Source: an uncultured virus (IMG/VR IMGVR_UViG_3300027833_000020)
Taxonomy: Duplodnaviria > Heunggongvirae > Uroviricota > Caudoviricetes
Strand: one strand, 5' to 3'
Virus record (IMG/VR): IMGVR_UViG_3300027833_000020
Length of the DNA stretch: 64,000 nucleotides
Of the stretch, positions 1 through 8,506 are shown one piece after another. The position numbers and the translations under genes are program-made. The notes below the pieces were generated by a model. It did no database searches. It was not told the DNA's origin and was given only the letters and a program-made list of their open reading frames with translations. Numbering within the stretch: position 1 is the first letter of the stretch; each line of letters begins with the position of its first letter.

Positions 1-144
1 GGCTTGGAGTATCCTGAGATGGAAGACTTAGATGGTTGGCATGTGAATATCCGTTTAATAGGTGATGAAGTTAGAGAAGCTGTAGAAGCACTAAATGTAA
101 CACACGGCGTTACCCCAAGTACACCACGCAGAATTTGGTTATAA
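1..144 (+). CDS. 3' end of a hypothetical phage protein (partial)
   Basis: Frame 1 is open from the window edge: ...DGWHVNIRLIG...VTPSTPRRIWL, stop TAA at 142-144. Confidence 0.6.
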   Translation, partial: GLEYPEMEDLDGWHVNIRLIGDEVREAVEALNVTHGVTPSTPRRIWL

Positions 145-162
145 ACAAATATGTAAAACTAG

Positions 163-191
163 TTGACATTTAGTTAATTCTATGATATAAT
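163..191 (+). promoter_or_regulatory. sigma70-type early promoter
   Basis: TTGACA(163-168)-17 bp-TATAAT(186-191), with extended -10 TG. Confidence 0.85.
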
Positions 192-223
192 TTATATTAA
201 TAGAAACAAATAAGGCTTATATT

Positions 224-892
224 ATGTTTACACACGTTGAGCACGGAATAGTGTTACCATCGTTAACTCGCAAAACTACTGAATCTGGTCGTAGATACTT
301 TACTCCAGAAGGCAACGCATATCCTTCGATCACTACTGTTCTAGGAATACTATCAAAACAGGGTATTATGGAATGGCGTGATCGTATAGGTCACGAGGAA
401 GCAAATAAGATTTCTCGTCAAGCGGCAGGTCGTGGTACAGCAGTTCACAAACTTGCTGAAGATTATATCGATAATAAAGAAGATTGGAAAGGCAAACAAA
501 TGCCATCTAATCTCAATACATTCAACGATCTACGACAAACCATTGATGGTCGTTTAGATAACGTATGGATGCAAGAAGTATTCCTCTATAGCGATAAACT
601 CAAGACTGCTGGTCAAGTTGACTGCATCGCTGAATATGATGGTGTTCTATCTATCATTGATTTCAAAACCTCACGTAAACCAAAGAAAGAAGAATGGATT
701 GAAGGCTACTTCATGCAAGCTTGTTTCTATGCTGCAGCATTTCTTGAGCGAACCGGTATTCCAATCAAACAAGCAGTTATCTTAATTGCTGTTGATGGAC
801 ACGAATCTCAAGTATTTAAGATCAACACTTTCGATTACCTAGAACACTTTCTGTCTGTTAGAAAAAAATACAAGGAGATGAATGGAATATGA
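224..892 (+). CDS. PD-(D/E)XK exonuclease (T4-like phage exonuclease family)
   Basis: YPSITTVL, RGTAVH, E...AGQVDC...IIDFKTS and Q..FYA motifs. Confidence 0.85.
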   Translation: MFTHVEHGIVLPSLTRKTTESGRRYFTPEGNAYPSITTVLGILSKQGIMEWRDRIGHEEANKISRQAAGRGTAVHKLAEDYIDNKEDWKGKQMPSNLNTFNDLRQTIDGRLDNVWMQEVFLYSDKLKTAGQVDCIAEYDGVLSIIDFKTSRKPKKEEWIEGYFMQACFYAAAFLERTGIPIKQAVILIAVDGHESQVFKINTFDYLEHFLSVRKKYKEMNGI

Positions 893-1113
893 ATATTACT
901 AATAAGATTTATTATCAAGATGTGTGCAACATTACGAGTACTCGTACAGATGTATCTGTTGAAGCTGAATGTGATAATGTTAAAGACAAAGTTAGTTTTG
1001 ATGCATACGTTGCTACAAACAAAATTCGAATGAAATGGAATGGCAAAGTTTATGTGGGTAACATGTCTGGTATGGAGTTTACTTCTTCTGGCCCAGAAAT
1101 AGTTCGAAATTAA
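889..1113 (+). CDS. hypothetical protein
   Basis: 74-aa ORF with ATGA overlap to the upstream gene. Confidence 0.7.
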   Translation: MNITNKIYYQDVCNITSTRTDVSVEAECDNVKDKVSFDAYVATNKIRMKWNGKVYVGNMSGMEFTSSGPEIVRN

Positions 1114-1116
1114 CTG

Positions 1117-1145
1117 TTGACATTTACTTCAAGATGATGTATAAT
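1117..1145 (+). promoter_or_regulatory. sigma70-type early promoter (cassette copy)
   Basis: TTGACA(1117-1122)-17 bp-TATAAT(1140-1145). Confidence 0.85.
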
Positions 1146-1175
1146 AGCTCTATAAATTAATCAAAGGATAACACT

Positions 1176-1412
1176 ATGACATACAACATAGAACTCGACA
1201 TCTCATCTGAACCAACTCATTCAGAAGTTTCTCAATTCGCAAAAGATCATGGTTGTACTGCAACTCTAGTACAGGAAAACGGTCCTGCTGGTGGAAATCC
1301 TCTTTATCAATTTCATTCTGACAATTTTAACTACCTCGAAGAATTAGCATCCCAAGTTCTGGGAACTAGTTTTGACGAAGAAGCTATTAAAACAATGGTA
1401 TGGGAGACATAA
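1176..1412 (+). CDS. hypothetical protein
   Basis: AAGGA RBS, directly behind a promoter; GPAGGNP motif. Confidence 0.7.
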   Translation: MTYNIELDISSEPTHSEVSQFAKDHGCTATLVQENGPAGGNPLYQFHSDNFNYLEELASQVLGTSFDEEAIKTMVWET

Positions 1413-1416
1413 AAAA

Positions 1417-1773
1417 ATGTATATAGTCAGAGATCCTTCAGGAACTGCAGTTATCATATGTACTAGAAAAGAAGATACTCAACCTTTTCTAACAGGAAAA
1501 GATAGCGTAGGATACACCTGTGACGAAAAGTATCCAACTACAATGCTACCGTTAGAAGTACACGATTACAAAATGGGTTGGAGAGATGATGCGTGGCTAG
1601 TTACAGCCTGCTCAGATAATAGAGGCAATGGCAAGCTATGGTGCAGAGCTGAGCTTGAACCGTATCAATGGTCTATTCAAACATTCACTGATTCGTACGA
1701 AGATACATACTCTTTTGAAACAGAAGATATGGCTCAGCGCTTCTTTAAGAAATGGGGTAGAAGTGAAAGCTAA
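1417..1773 (+). CDS. hypothetical protein
   Basis: Likely start ATG 1417 (MYIVRD) after GGAG, rather than 1372. Confidence 0.6.
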   Translation: MYIVRDPSGTAVIICTRKEDTQPFLTGKDSVGYTCDEKYPTTMLPLEVHDYKMGWRDDAWLVTACSDNRGNGKLWCRAELEPYQWSIQTFTDSYEDTYSFETEDMAQRFFKKWGRSES

Positions 1774-1936
1774 TATAGCTCTTATTGTTTCATTCTTTTG
1801 TATCGTCTTTATAGCCTCTGTTCAGCGTATCCACAATGGTCATGCTGAAATGGAGGTTGTTTTGCTTTATTTGTTCATATTACCTTTTGTTCTAGTAGCT
1901 TTTGCTGATATAATCTATCGATATAAAAGAAAGTAA
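1763..1936 (+). CDS. small two-TM membrane protein
   Basis: Likely GTG start at 1763; two hydrophobic stretches and a basic C-terminus. Confidence 0.5.
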   Translation: MKANIALIVSFFCIVFIASVQRIHNGHAEMEVVLLYLFILPFVLVAFADIIYRYKRK

Positions 1937-1964
1937 AAAACTTGCAATTAAATGAAAAAAAGGG

Positions 1965-1993
1965 TTGACATTTGTTTCCAGATGATGTATAAT
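1965..1993 (+). promoter_or_regulatory. sigma70-type early promoter (cassette copy)
   Basis: TTGACA(1965-1970)-17 bp-TATAAT(1988-1993). Confidence 0.85.
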
Positions 1994-2023
1994 ATACATA
2001 TAAACAAATTAAGGAACACCACT

Positions 2024-2317
2024 ATGACAACATCATTTATCAAAGACGACTTCACTTGGGACGGTATGTATCTAATGTATCGTGGACGCCACACTAAATC
2101 TGTTAACATGGAAGTGGCTCGTCCTAACTGCCACCCATCTTGGATTGGTAAGCCACAGCCTACATTCATTGCTCGTTTCAAATACGGATATAAGCCTTGG
2201 AAAGCGTGGGTTAACTTCTTGGTAAAAAATGTTACTATCGAGCAGTATATCGAGCTTCAACAAAGCAGTTCTCCAGTTGGCGCAATGGAAGCTCTTGGTT
2301 ATAAGGGGAAGAAATGA
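2024..2317 (+). CDS. hypothetical protein
   Basis: Start ATG 2024 after AAGGAA; the 5' extension in the ORF track runs through the promoter. Confidence 0.7.
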   Translation: MTTSFIKDDFTWDGMYLMYRGRHTKSVNMEVARPNCHPSWIGKPQPTFIARFKYGYKPWKAWVNFLVKNVTIEQYIELQQSSSPVGAMEALGYKGKK

Positions 2318-2362
2318 TTACTAAATGCCTGCAAAAAACTTCAAATTAAATGAAATTAACTG

Positions 2363-2391
2363 TTGACATTCGTTTCAGAATAGTCTATAAT
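2363..2391 (+). promoter_or_regulatory. sigma70-type early promoter (cassette copy)
   Basis: TTGACA(2363-2368)-17 bp-TATAAT(2386-2391). Confidence 0.85.
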
Positions 2392-2423
2392 AGTTTTATA
2401 AATTAAATAAGAAGGAACACATC

Positions 2424-2666
2424 ATGGATCATACATCTTCAAATACTTGGATACCTGCGTTTGACAAAGCTTTTCAGGCAGCAACTGCTTTAAAAGCAAA
2501 TCGTAACGAAGACGGTACAATGAACTGGAACTTCGTTGAATCTGACATCCACATTGATCTTAGTAAAACTGATTTTACTATCCCTTTAGATGCTCTTAAT
2601 GAAGAGTTCGATTTTTCTTGTGAAGAATTTATCTCTAACGCCAATGCAATGAATAAAACTGTTTAA
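2424..2666 (+). CDS. hypothetical protein
   Basis: AAGGAA RBS; NWNFVESD motif. Confidence 0.7.
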   Translation: MDHTSSNTWIPAFDKAFQAATALKANRNEDGTMNWNFVESDIHIDLSKTDFTIPLDALNEEFDFSCEEFISNANAMNKTV

Positions 2667-2683
2667 TGGAAAGGAATTCCACA

Positions 2684-2857
2684 ATGCAAATTACTTATCA
2701 AGACGTAGATCAAAAACTTATCGATCAAGAGTTCGATGGCATGGAAAACGACGGCTCTTCTGAGCCTATGGATGATCTTGATTTTAACTCTACTCAGCCT
2801 GAGTTAAATGCTGCAGATTTCTTGTCTGATTTTAATTGGGCTTTAATCAAAAATTAA
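2684..2857 (+). CDS. small acidic hypothetical protein
   Basis: AAGGAA RBS before ATG 2684; very D/E-rich. Confidence 0.6.
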   Translation: MQITYQDVDQKLIDQEFDGMENDGSSEPMDDLDFNSTQPELNAADFLSDFNWALIKN

Positions 2858-2860
2858 TGG

Positions 2861-2889
2861 TTGACATTTGTTTTTAAATGATGTATAAT
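2861..2889 (+). promoter_or_regulatory. sigma70-type early promoter (cassette copy)
   Basis: TTGACA(2861-2866)-17 bp-TATAAT(2884-2889). Confidence 0.85.
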
Positions 2890-2919
2890 AACTAGATAAA
2901 TAAATCTAAGGAAACAATT

Positions 2920-3138
2920 ATGAATGGTAAAGTTATGAAATATTCTGTGCTAGGTTGGCTACTAATTATTGGCGGCACTGCTTTTGCTGCTAAAGTTTCT
3001 CTCGATATGATGTCGATACCAGATGTTAAAGTAAGTTACTCAACTGATCAATGCATCGGTGTTACAAATTACGCCGAAGGTGACACGTATACTTGTAGCA
3101 ATCTTCCTCCAAAATACAATCACATCTGGGTAAAGTAA
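2920..3138 (+). CDS. small membrane-anchored/secreted protein
   Basis: N-terminal hydrophobic helix, two Cys, AAGGAA RBS. Confidence 0.65.
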   Translation: MNGKVMKYSVLGWLLIIGGTAFAAKVSLDMMSIPDVKVSYSTDQCIGVTNYAEGDTYTCSNLPPKYNHIWVK

Positions 3139-3710
3139 TGAACGTATTCGTCCTATCAGAATGTCCTATCGAATCAGCAGAGATGATGTGTGACAAGCAT
3201 ATTCCAAAAATGATTGTAGAAGCTGCACAAATGTTATCTACTGCTCATCGTATGCTTGACGGCTATATGGAAAAGCGTCCTTCAAAATCTGGCAAGCGCA
3301 TGGTTAAAGCATATCCGCATTCAAACAACAATCTAGATGGTGTTCTGTACAACGCAGTGCATCACTACCACCCTTGTACAGTATGGACTATGGCTACTAG
3401 TGCTAATTATATATGGCACTACGAGCACTTTCTAGCCCTCTGTGCTGAGTTCGAAACTCGCTTTGGTAAACAACATCTAACTTATCAAAAGCTCTCAGAC
3501 GTCCTCAGAAGCCTTCCTTCAAATATACCTAATGAAACTATAACTGAGTTTCCACAAGCTATGAAAGCTTATCCAGAGTGTATGGTAGAAGGCAATCCTG
3601 TGCAAGCATATCGCAATTATTATCACCGCTCTAAGCATTTCGCTAAGTGGGAAAAAGGTCGTCCTGCGCCATCGTGGTGGGAAGGCTATCAAGGAGAACT
3701 AGCAGCATGA
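3138..3710 (+). CDS. pyrimidine-dimer DNA glycosylase / DenV-family-like protein
   Basis: MNVF..., CDKHIPKMIVEAAQMLSTAH, HPCTVW and AYRNYY motifs. Confidence 0.65.
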   Translation: MNVFVLSECPIESAEMMCDKHIPKMIVEAAQMLSTAHRMLDGYMEKRPSKSGKRMVKAYPHSNNNLDGVLYNAVHHYHPCTVWTMATSANYIWHYEHFLALCAEFETRFGKQHLTYQKLSDVLRSLPSNIPNETITEFPQAMKAYPECMVEGNPVQAYRNYYHRSKHFAKWEKGRPAPSWWEGYQGELAA

Positions 3711-3904
3711 GTATGGAATTATGGCTACTCGTAACCGCAATTATTTTTACATTTGTTGGATCAAGAATGTCTAAAAAAATTACTGAAAGCAACACTCATC
3801 TTATTGTAGAAACCACTATTGATCGTCTAATTAAAGATGAATATATTAAAGTTAAATTAGATAAGAATGGCGAGCTGGAGCTTTTAAAGCATTATGAGCA
3901 GTAA
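3707..3904 (+). CDS. small membrane protein
   Basis: Start at 3707 (ATGA overlap); N-terminal TM; TIDRLI..YIK. Confidence 0.6.
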   Translation: MSMELWLLVTAIIFTFVGSRMSKKITESNTHLIVETTIDRLIKDEYIKVKLDKNGELELLKHYEQ

Positions 3905-4262
3905 TAAAACAGAAAAATTCATTATCATCGATCCTAATGATGGCATATTTCTCGGAACTGCAAAGAACGAGGATATGACATTTATGGATAGAGATCCACG
4001 AGATGGCAGACTAGTTGCTCTCTTTTCAACCAATAACATGCTAGATATTACTAAGGCTGTTGGCTTTTTTGATAAGGAAGATGCTGAACAATATTACCGT
4101 GTGTATCTTAAAAGAAGATGTCCAAATGCTTTTATAGCAACAATACAAGACGACACTGAAGGCCCTTTTGCCGATGTCGTAAATATTGTGAAATCTGGCT
4201 ACGGAGAATACGCTTGGGATATGATCGATGCACTTCCAATGGCATCTCAGGTAGATCATTAG
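3894..4262 (+). CDS. hypothetical protein
   Basis: 122-aa ORF overlapping the upstream stop. Confidence 0.65.
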   Translation: MSSNKTEKFIIIDPNDGIFLGTAKNEDMTFMDRDPRDGRLVALFSTNNMLDITKAVGFFDKEDAEQYYRVYLKRRCPNAFIATIQDDTEGPFADVVNIVKSGYGEYAWDMIDALPMASQVDH

Positions 4263-4288
4263 GTTATAAGAACTTCGATTCTTATAAC
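4263..4288. other. perfect stem-loop just upstream of a promoter cassette
   Basis: GTTATAAGAA-cttcga-TTCTTATAAC, 10-bp stem. Confidence 0.7.
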
Positions 4289-4328
4289 TTATCGATATAA
4301 AAAACTTGTAATTAATTGAAATTAACTG

Positions 4329-4357
4329 TTGACATTTGTTTCCAGATGATGTATAAT
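4329..4357 (+). promoter_or_regulatory. sigma70-type early promoter (cassette copy)
   Basis: TTGACA(4329-4334)-17 bp-TATAAT(4352-4357); 4328-4368 is identical to 1964-2004. Confidence 0.85.
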
Positions 4358-4391
4358 ATACATATAAATTAATCAAACAGGAAGAAATATT

Positions 4392-4775
4392 ATGGGTACT
4401 CGAGCAATGATCGGAATCGTTAACGAAAGTGGAACTATTACTGCAAGCTACTGTCACTATGACGGATACCTTGATGGTGTTGGTAAGACTCTAATCGAAT
4501 CTTACAACAACGACGAAAAAGCTATTCAAGTTGCGAGAGGCGGATACCTTTCTTCTCTTGGTGCTGATTACGACGAGTCTAAAGGCTTTGCAGCTAATAC
4601 CGATGTTCCTGAGTTATACAGCAATGCATTAGATTATGCAGAATGCGCTGAAGACGATTGTGGAGCAGAGTACATCTATTTGTGGGATGGAACTGATTGG
4701 CTCTTTAAAGAAGTTTACGGAGCTTACAAAAACGAAGGCTTCGACTTTCTAGAAAATGAACTAAAAGCAGCATAA
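4392..4775 (+). CDS. conserved phage hypothetical protein
   Basis: MGTRAMIG...YCHYDGY...GVG and AEYIYLW motifs typical of a widespread phage family. Confidence 0.75.
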   Translation: MGTRAMIGIVNESGTITASYCHYDGYLDGVGKTLIESYNNDEKAIQVARGGYLSSLGADYDESKGFAANTDVPELYSNALDYAECAEDDCGAEYIYLWDGTDWLFKEVYGAYKNEGFDFLENELKAA

Positions 4776-4787
4776 GGAAACTATATA

Positions 4788-4979
4788 ATGCAAATCGTGA
4801 AAATTAATGAAAAAATGCAAGCTCTATCAGCTGCACAAAATGCTTTTGCTACAATTGAAAGCATTAGACCAAACGCAATACCGCAGGAAACTAAAGTGCT
4901 TATTGCTCAATTGAAAGTAGATCTAATGGACATCCTTGATGCTCAAGAGCCTTCTCCGTCAGCCTTTAAATTAATTTAA
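4788..4979 (+). CDS. hypothetical protein
   Basis: AAGGAA RBS, 63 aa. Confidence 0.6.
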   Translation: MQIVKINEKMQALSAAQNAFATIESIRPNAIPQETKVLIAQLKVDLMDILDAQEPSPSAFKLI

Positions 4980-4998
4980 AATTAAATGAAAAAAAGGG

Positions 4999-5027
4999 TT
5001 GACATTTGTTCTAAGATGATGTATAAT
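4999..5027 (+). promoter_or_regulatory. sigma70-type early promoter (cassette copy)
   Basis: TTGACA(4999-5004)-17 bp-TATAAT(5022-5027). Confidence 0.85.
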
Positions 5028-5063
5028 TACTATACAAACTGAAAAAACTAAGGAAACTATATT

Positions 5064-6020
5064 ATGGCACATGAACTTGAAATGATTAACGGCGAAGCTC
5101 AAATGGCTTATCGCGCAAGCAAGGGTCTACCTTGGCACGGTCTAGGTACTCCGGTATCAGACGATATGACTCCTCGTGAAATGCAAATTGCTGCAGGACT
5201 CGACTGGGAAGTAGAAAAAATCGATACATTGTTTCGTCACAAAGGCGACATGTATCCCACAGGACAACAAGCTTTGGTACGTTCTACCGACAGCAAAGTG
5301 TTGACACATGTAGGTAAAAACTGGAATCCAGTGCAAAACTCAGAAGCTTTTGATTTCTTTACAGATTTCGTAAAAGCAGGTGATATGCAAATGGACACTG
5401 CTGGTTCGTTGAAAGATGGCCAAATTGTTTGGGCGTTAGCTGACGTAAAAGATGGCTTCTCTCTATTCAACGGTGACGAAGTTAAAGGTTACATGCTCTT
5501 TTCTAATCCACACCAATATGGTAAAGCTATCGACATCAAGTTCGTAATGGAACGAGTTGTTTGTAACAATACTTTGGCAGTGGCTCTTAACGAAAAGAAC
5601 CAACCATCTGTTCGAATGAACCACCGCTCAGTCTTTGATGCTAGTAAAGTTAAAGAAATTCTTGGTCTGTCTCACAACAAAGTTGAGAAATTCAAAGAAG
5701 CAGCTGAGTTCTTGGGTTCTAAGCAGTACCAACGTGCTGATCTTGAACGCTTCTTTGGTAAAATCTTTGGTGAGTCTTCTCGTGAAGATAAAGTCTTATC
5801 ACGGACTGCAGAGCAAGCGATGGAATTCGTTGAGAACCAACCTGGTGATCACTTCCGTCCTGGATCGTGGTGGAATGCATATAACGCAGTAACTTATATG
5901 ACTGACCACAAAGTTGGCCGTACTGCAGATGCTCGTATGACTGCAGCATGGTTCGGTAGTAATGCTAAGAAAAAAGTTGATGCACTAGACTTCGCTTTGG
6001 AAATGGCAGACGCTGCTTAA
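5064..6020 (+). CDS. DUF932-family phage/plasmid protein
   Basis: MAHE...PWHGLG, AGLDWEV, PVQN.EAF.F, TAGSL..G, RVVCNNTL and W.AYNAVT motifs. Confidence 0.85.
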   Translation: MAHELEMINGEAQMAYRASKGLPWHGLGTPVSDDMTPREMQIAAGLDWEVEKIDTLFRHKGDMYPTGQQALVRSTDSKVLTHVGKNWNPVQNSEAFDFFTDFVKAGDMQMDTAGSLKDGQIVWALADVKDGFSLFNGDEVKGYMLFSNPHQYGKAIDIKFVMERVVCNNTLAVALNEKNQPSVRMNHRSVFDASKVKEILGLSHNKVEKFKEAAEFLGSKQYQRADLERFFGKIFGESSREDKVLSRTAEQAMEFVENQPGDHFRPGSWWNAYNAVTYMTDHKVGRTADARMTAAWFGSNAKKKVDALDFALEMADAA

Positions 6021-6028
6021 GTCACACA

Positions 6029-6056
6029 GGGGTAGCCACAACGGCTACCCTTTTTT
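6029..6056 (+). terminator. rho-independent terminator
   Basis: GGGTAGCC-acaac-GGCTACCC followed by TTTTTT. Confidence 0.85.
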
Positions 6057-6073
6057 ATTTAAAGGAGAAACAC

Positions 6074-6235
6074 ATGGCTCGAGATGAAAACACGCCTCAG
6101 TCTGAAATAGACGCATGGATTGCTAAGGGTAACAAGATTACTATTCTTAAACCGTTCGCAAAAACCGCGCCAGAAAATATCACTTATATGCATAAGCGCA
6201 AGCCTGCAGATCCAAAGCCTAAAAAGGAGAAGTAA
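6074..6235 (+). CDS. 53-aa protein, SutA RNAP-binding-domain-like (absent from the ORF track)
   Basis: AAGGAG RBS; MARDENTPQSEIDAWIAKGNKITILKP...; stop overlaps the next ATG (TAATG). Confidence 0.65.
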   Translation: MARDENTPQSEIDAWIAKGNKITILKPFAKTAPENITYMHKRKPADPKPKKEK

Positions 6236-6663
6236 TGAAGATCCTGATTTTTGGATTGCCAGGAAGTGGCAAAACTACACTAGCTAAACCGTTGGCTGAT
6301 CTTTTAGGTGGCGTTCATATTAATGCAGACGTAATTAGAACAAGCTATAACGATTGGGACTTCAGTCCTGAAGGTCGTATGCGCCAAGCCAATAGAATGA
6401 AACACCTAAGTGATGGTGTAGTTATGGCTGGTAAAACTGCAGTAACTGATTTTGTATGCCCTACAGCAGCTGCAAGAGAAGCGTTTAATCCTGATTATAC
6501 TATATGGATGGATACTATTTCTCGAGGTCGCTTTGAAGATACAAATGATATGTTTGAAACACCTGAAGATATAGACTATCATGTGTCTGAATGGTTTGAG
6601 GATACGCACCAAAAATTGCTAGAAGTAATCTCAGCATGGATGCAAAGGAACCTTAATGGATGA
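6235..6663 (+). CDS. adenylylsulfate (APS) kinase-like P-loop kinase
   Basis: GLPGSGKTT, NAD.IR, DFS.EGR.RQ, DFVCPT and FE.P motifs. Confidence 0.75.
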   Translation: MKILIFGLPGSGKTTLAKPLADLLGGVHINADVIRTSYNDWDFSPEGRMRQANRMKHLSDGVVMAGKTAVTDFVCPTAAAREAFNPDYTIWMDTISRGRFEDTNDMFETPEDIDYHVSEWFEDTHQKLLEVISAWMQRNLNG

Positions 6664-6874
6664 ATCAGTAGGTAAAATTAGGCATTTGACAAAAGCCGTA
6701 ACTTGGCGTATAATAGCTAGTATAACCACAGCATTAATTGCTTTCTATTTTGGCTTACCGCCAAAGGCAGTAGGTATGGTTTTTGCAGCGGATATAGTGA
6801 TAAAGTTTGTTTTGTACTATGGCCACGAAAGGCTGTGGTATAAGTATATTAGAATTGGATTGAAAGGAAAGTAA
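6656..6874 (+). CDS. DUF2061-like membrane protein
   Basis: RHLTKAVTWRIIAS...K..LYYGHERLW. Confidence 0.8.
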   Translation: MDESVGKIRHLTKAVTWRIIASITTALIAFYFGLPPKAVGMVFAADIVIKFVLYYGHERLWYKYIRIGLKGK

Positions 6875-7296
6875 TGAGTATGGAAGACATGTTTGATTAC
6901 CAGAAGCCCACAGCTCAAATGTTAGGGCGTTGGCAACCTTGGCATACTGGACATACGGCTCTTTTTAAAAGGGCCTTAGAAGTGACTGGTCAGGTCGCTA
7001 TAATGGTGAGAGACGTATATAATATTGACGGCGACGCTGGTGCAGGACGTACAGCAAAACAAACAGATAATCCTTTTGGTGAAATCTCAGTTGTTGAAGC
7101 GATTGAAACCAATTTGGCTAACGAAGGTTATTATAATGGTAAGCAATATATTATTATTTGCGTTCCTAATATTGTGGATATTAGCTATGGTCGAGGTGTT
7201 GGTTATACTTTTACCGAACACGACTTGGGCAAAGATATTCATGAAATCTCGGCAACAAAAATCAGGGCCCAGCTTAGAGAAGATGGGAAACTATAA
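6874..7296 (+). CDS. HxGH nucleotidyltransferase (cytidylyltransferase-like)
   Basis: GRWQPWHTGH, NPF, YGRGVGY and ISATKIR motifs. Confidence 0.8.
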   Translation: MSMEDMFDYQKPTAQMLGRWQPWHTGHTALFKRALEVTGQVAIMVRDVYNIDGDAGAGRTAKQTDNPFGEISVVEAIETNLANEGYYNGKQYIIICVPNIVDISYGRGVGYTFTEHDLGKDIHEISATKIRAQLREDGKL

Positions 7297-7311
7297 AATG
7301 AGGAGTAAAAA

Positions 7312-7599
7312 ATGAGTGATGAAACACTACCAACAATAATTACTGAAAAGAATAGGCAGCAGATACAGTCTGCATTAAAAGAAATGTCTAACTCGATGGT
7401 AAGAATTGAAGCAGAAAAAGACCATATGAAAGCAATTGCTGAGAAAATTCTCGAAGATTGTTTGGTACCAAAGAAAGACTTTAATAAGCTTGCACGTATC
7501 TATCATGCATCTAACTTAGCTCAAGAGGCTGCAAAAAGCGAAGAGTTTATGCAGTTTGCTGAAGCAGTTATGGAACCGTTGCAGCTCGGCAAAGACTAA
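7312..7599 (+). CDS. dsbA: T4 DsbA-like double-stranded DNA-binding protein
   Basis: Helical 95 aa; KKDFNKLARIYH resembles T4 DsbA KMFNRLLALYH. Confidence 0.6.
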   Translation: MSDETLPTIITEKNRQQIQSALKEMSNSMVRIEAEKDHMKAIAEKILEDCLVPKKDFNKLARIYHASNLAQEAAKSEEFMQFAEAVMEPLQLGKD

Positions 7600-7620
7600 T
7601 ATCTTTGTCTGTGATAAATA

Positions 7621-7649
7621 AAGGGGAGGGCAATAGCTCTCCCTTTTTT
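7621..7649 (+). terminator. rho-independent terminator
   Basis: AAGGGGAGGGC-aata-GCTCTCCCTTTTTT. Confidence 0.75.
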
Positions 7650-7657
7650 GTTTAGTT

Positions 7658-8422
7658 ATGGAGATCCTGATGAAAAGCCAGTATGAATATCGTATTCAAT
7701 ACGAACAGCAATATGTTCAAGAAGAAACGATTCCAACTTTAAACACTCCTGAAGATTGTCACAAATATGCTATGTTCGTTAAGGGCAATGAGCATTTTGA
7801 CAATGGGCGCACGTATGTGTTTAAAGATGATTTTGGTAAATACGTATCTACTTTTGTAAGTCAGTATTCTGATATTATAGAAAAGAACTTAGAACCAGGA
7901 GTTAGAGATGCAGTATTAGCCTTACAAGAAAGAGGTTATCTAACGTTTACATCTTGTCAAGGTCATGCGGATTCAAAACATCGATATATTGGTGTAGTAT
8001 TTAATAATCCAGCACAAAAAGGCCAGTTCATACATGAAATGAAAGCCCTTAACTGCGATATTCATTGGTATGATAATACTATTAATTCAGTAGAACGACC
8101 CTGTCAGAACGTACCGTGGTGGGCAGAAGGTGGCATAACTTTACACATAGTCTATGACGATCATAAATTTGATAATGCTTCTCAAATGGAACGACGTGAA
8201 AAGCCATATACAGATGAAGAACTAACTAAGTTTTGGAATATTCAAATGTGGCGTAATTACAAACATTACGAATGTATCGTATTCTCGTTTGGTTACCCAA
8301 TGGTTGAAAAATCATTATGGGAACGAATTCATAAGTACTTCTTTTATAACCAATATAAAGTGACTAGTGCTTATAACGACTTTTGCAACAAAGTCAACAA
8401 ACTCACAGATTACCTCGGATAA
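7658..8422 (+). CDS. hypothetical protein (SCQGH motif)
   Basis: 254-aa ORF between two terminators; start may be 7670. Confidence 0.7.
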   Translation: MEILMKSQYEYRIQYEQQYVQEETIPTLNTPEDCHKYAMFVKGNEHFDNGRTYVFKDDFGKYVSTFVSQYSDIIEKNLEPGVRDAVLALQERGYLTFTSCQGHADSKHRYIGVVFNNPAQKGQFIHEMKALNCDIHWYDNTINSVERPCQNVPWWAEGGITLHIVYDDHKFDNASQMERREKPYTDEELTKFWNIQMWRNYKHYECIVFSFGYPMVEKSLWERIHKYFFYNQYKVTSAYNDFCNKVNKLTDYLG

Positions 8423-8446
8423 AAAAAGGGGCCCCGAAGGACCCCT
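8421..8446 (-). terminator. gene 23 terminator with C(UUCG)G tetraloop
   Basis: Minus strand reads AGGGGTCC-TTCG-GGGCCCC-TTTTTTT. Confidence 0.9.
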
Positions 8447-8506
8447 AAATTCTATTCTAACAATTGGGATAGTTGACCTATCCTTCTTATTATATATCGT
8501 TCAAAC

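Noticed and set aside
224..892. Cas4
   Set aside because: It has a PD-(D/E)XK core but lacks the four-Cys Fe-S motif and any cas context.
163..5027. Repeats as a CRISPR array
   Set aside because: The spacing is hundreds of bases and irregular, the intervals contain genes, and the repeats are promoters.
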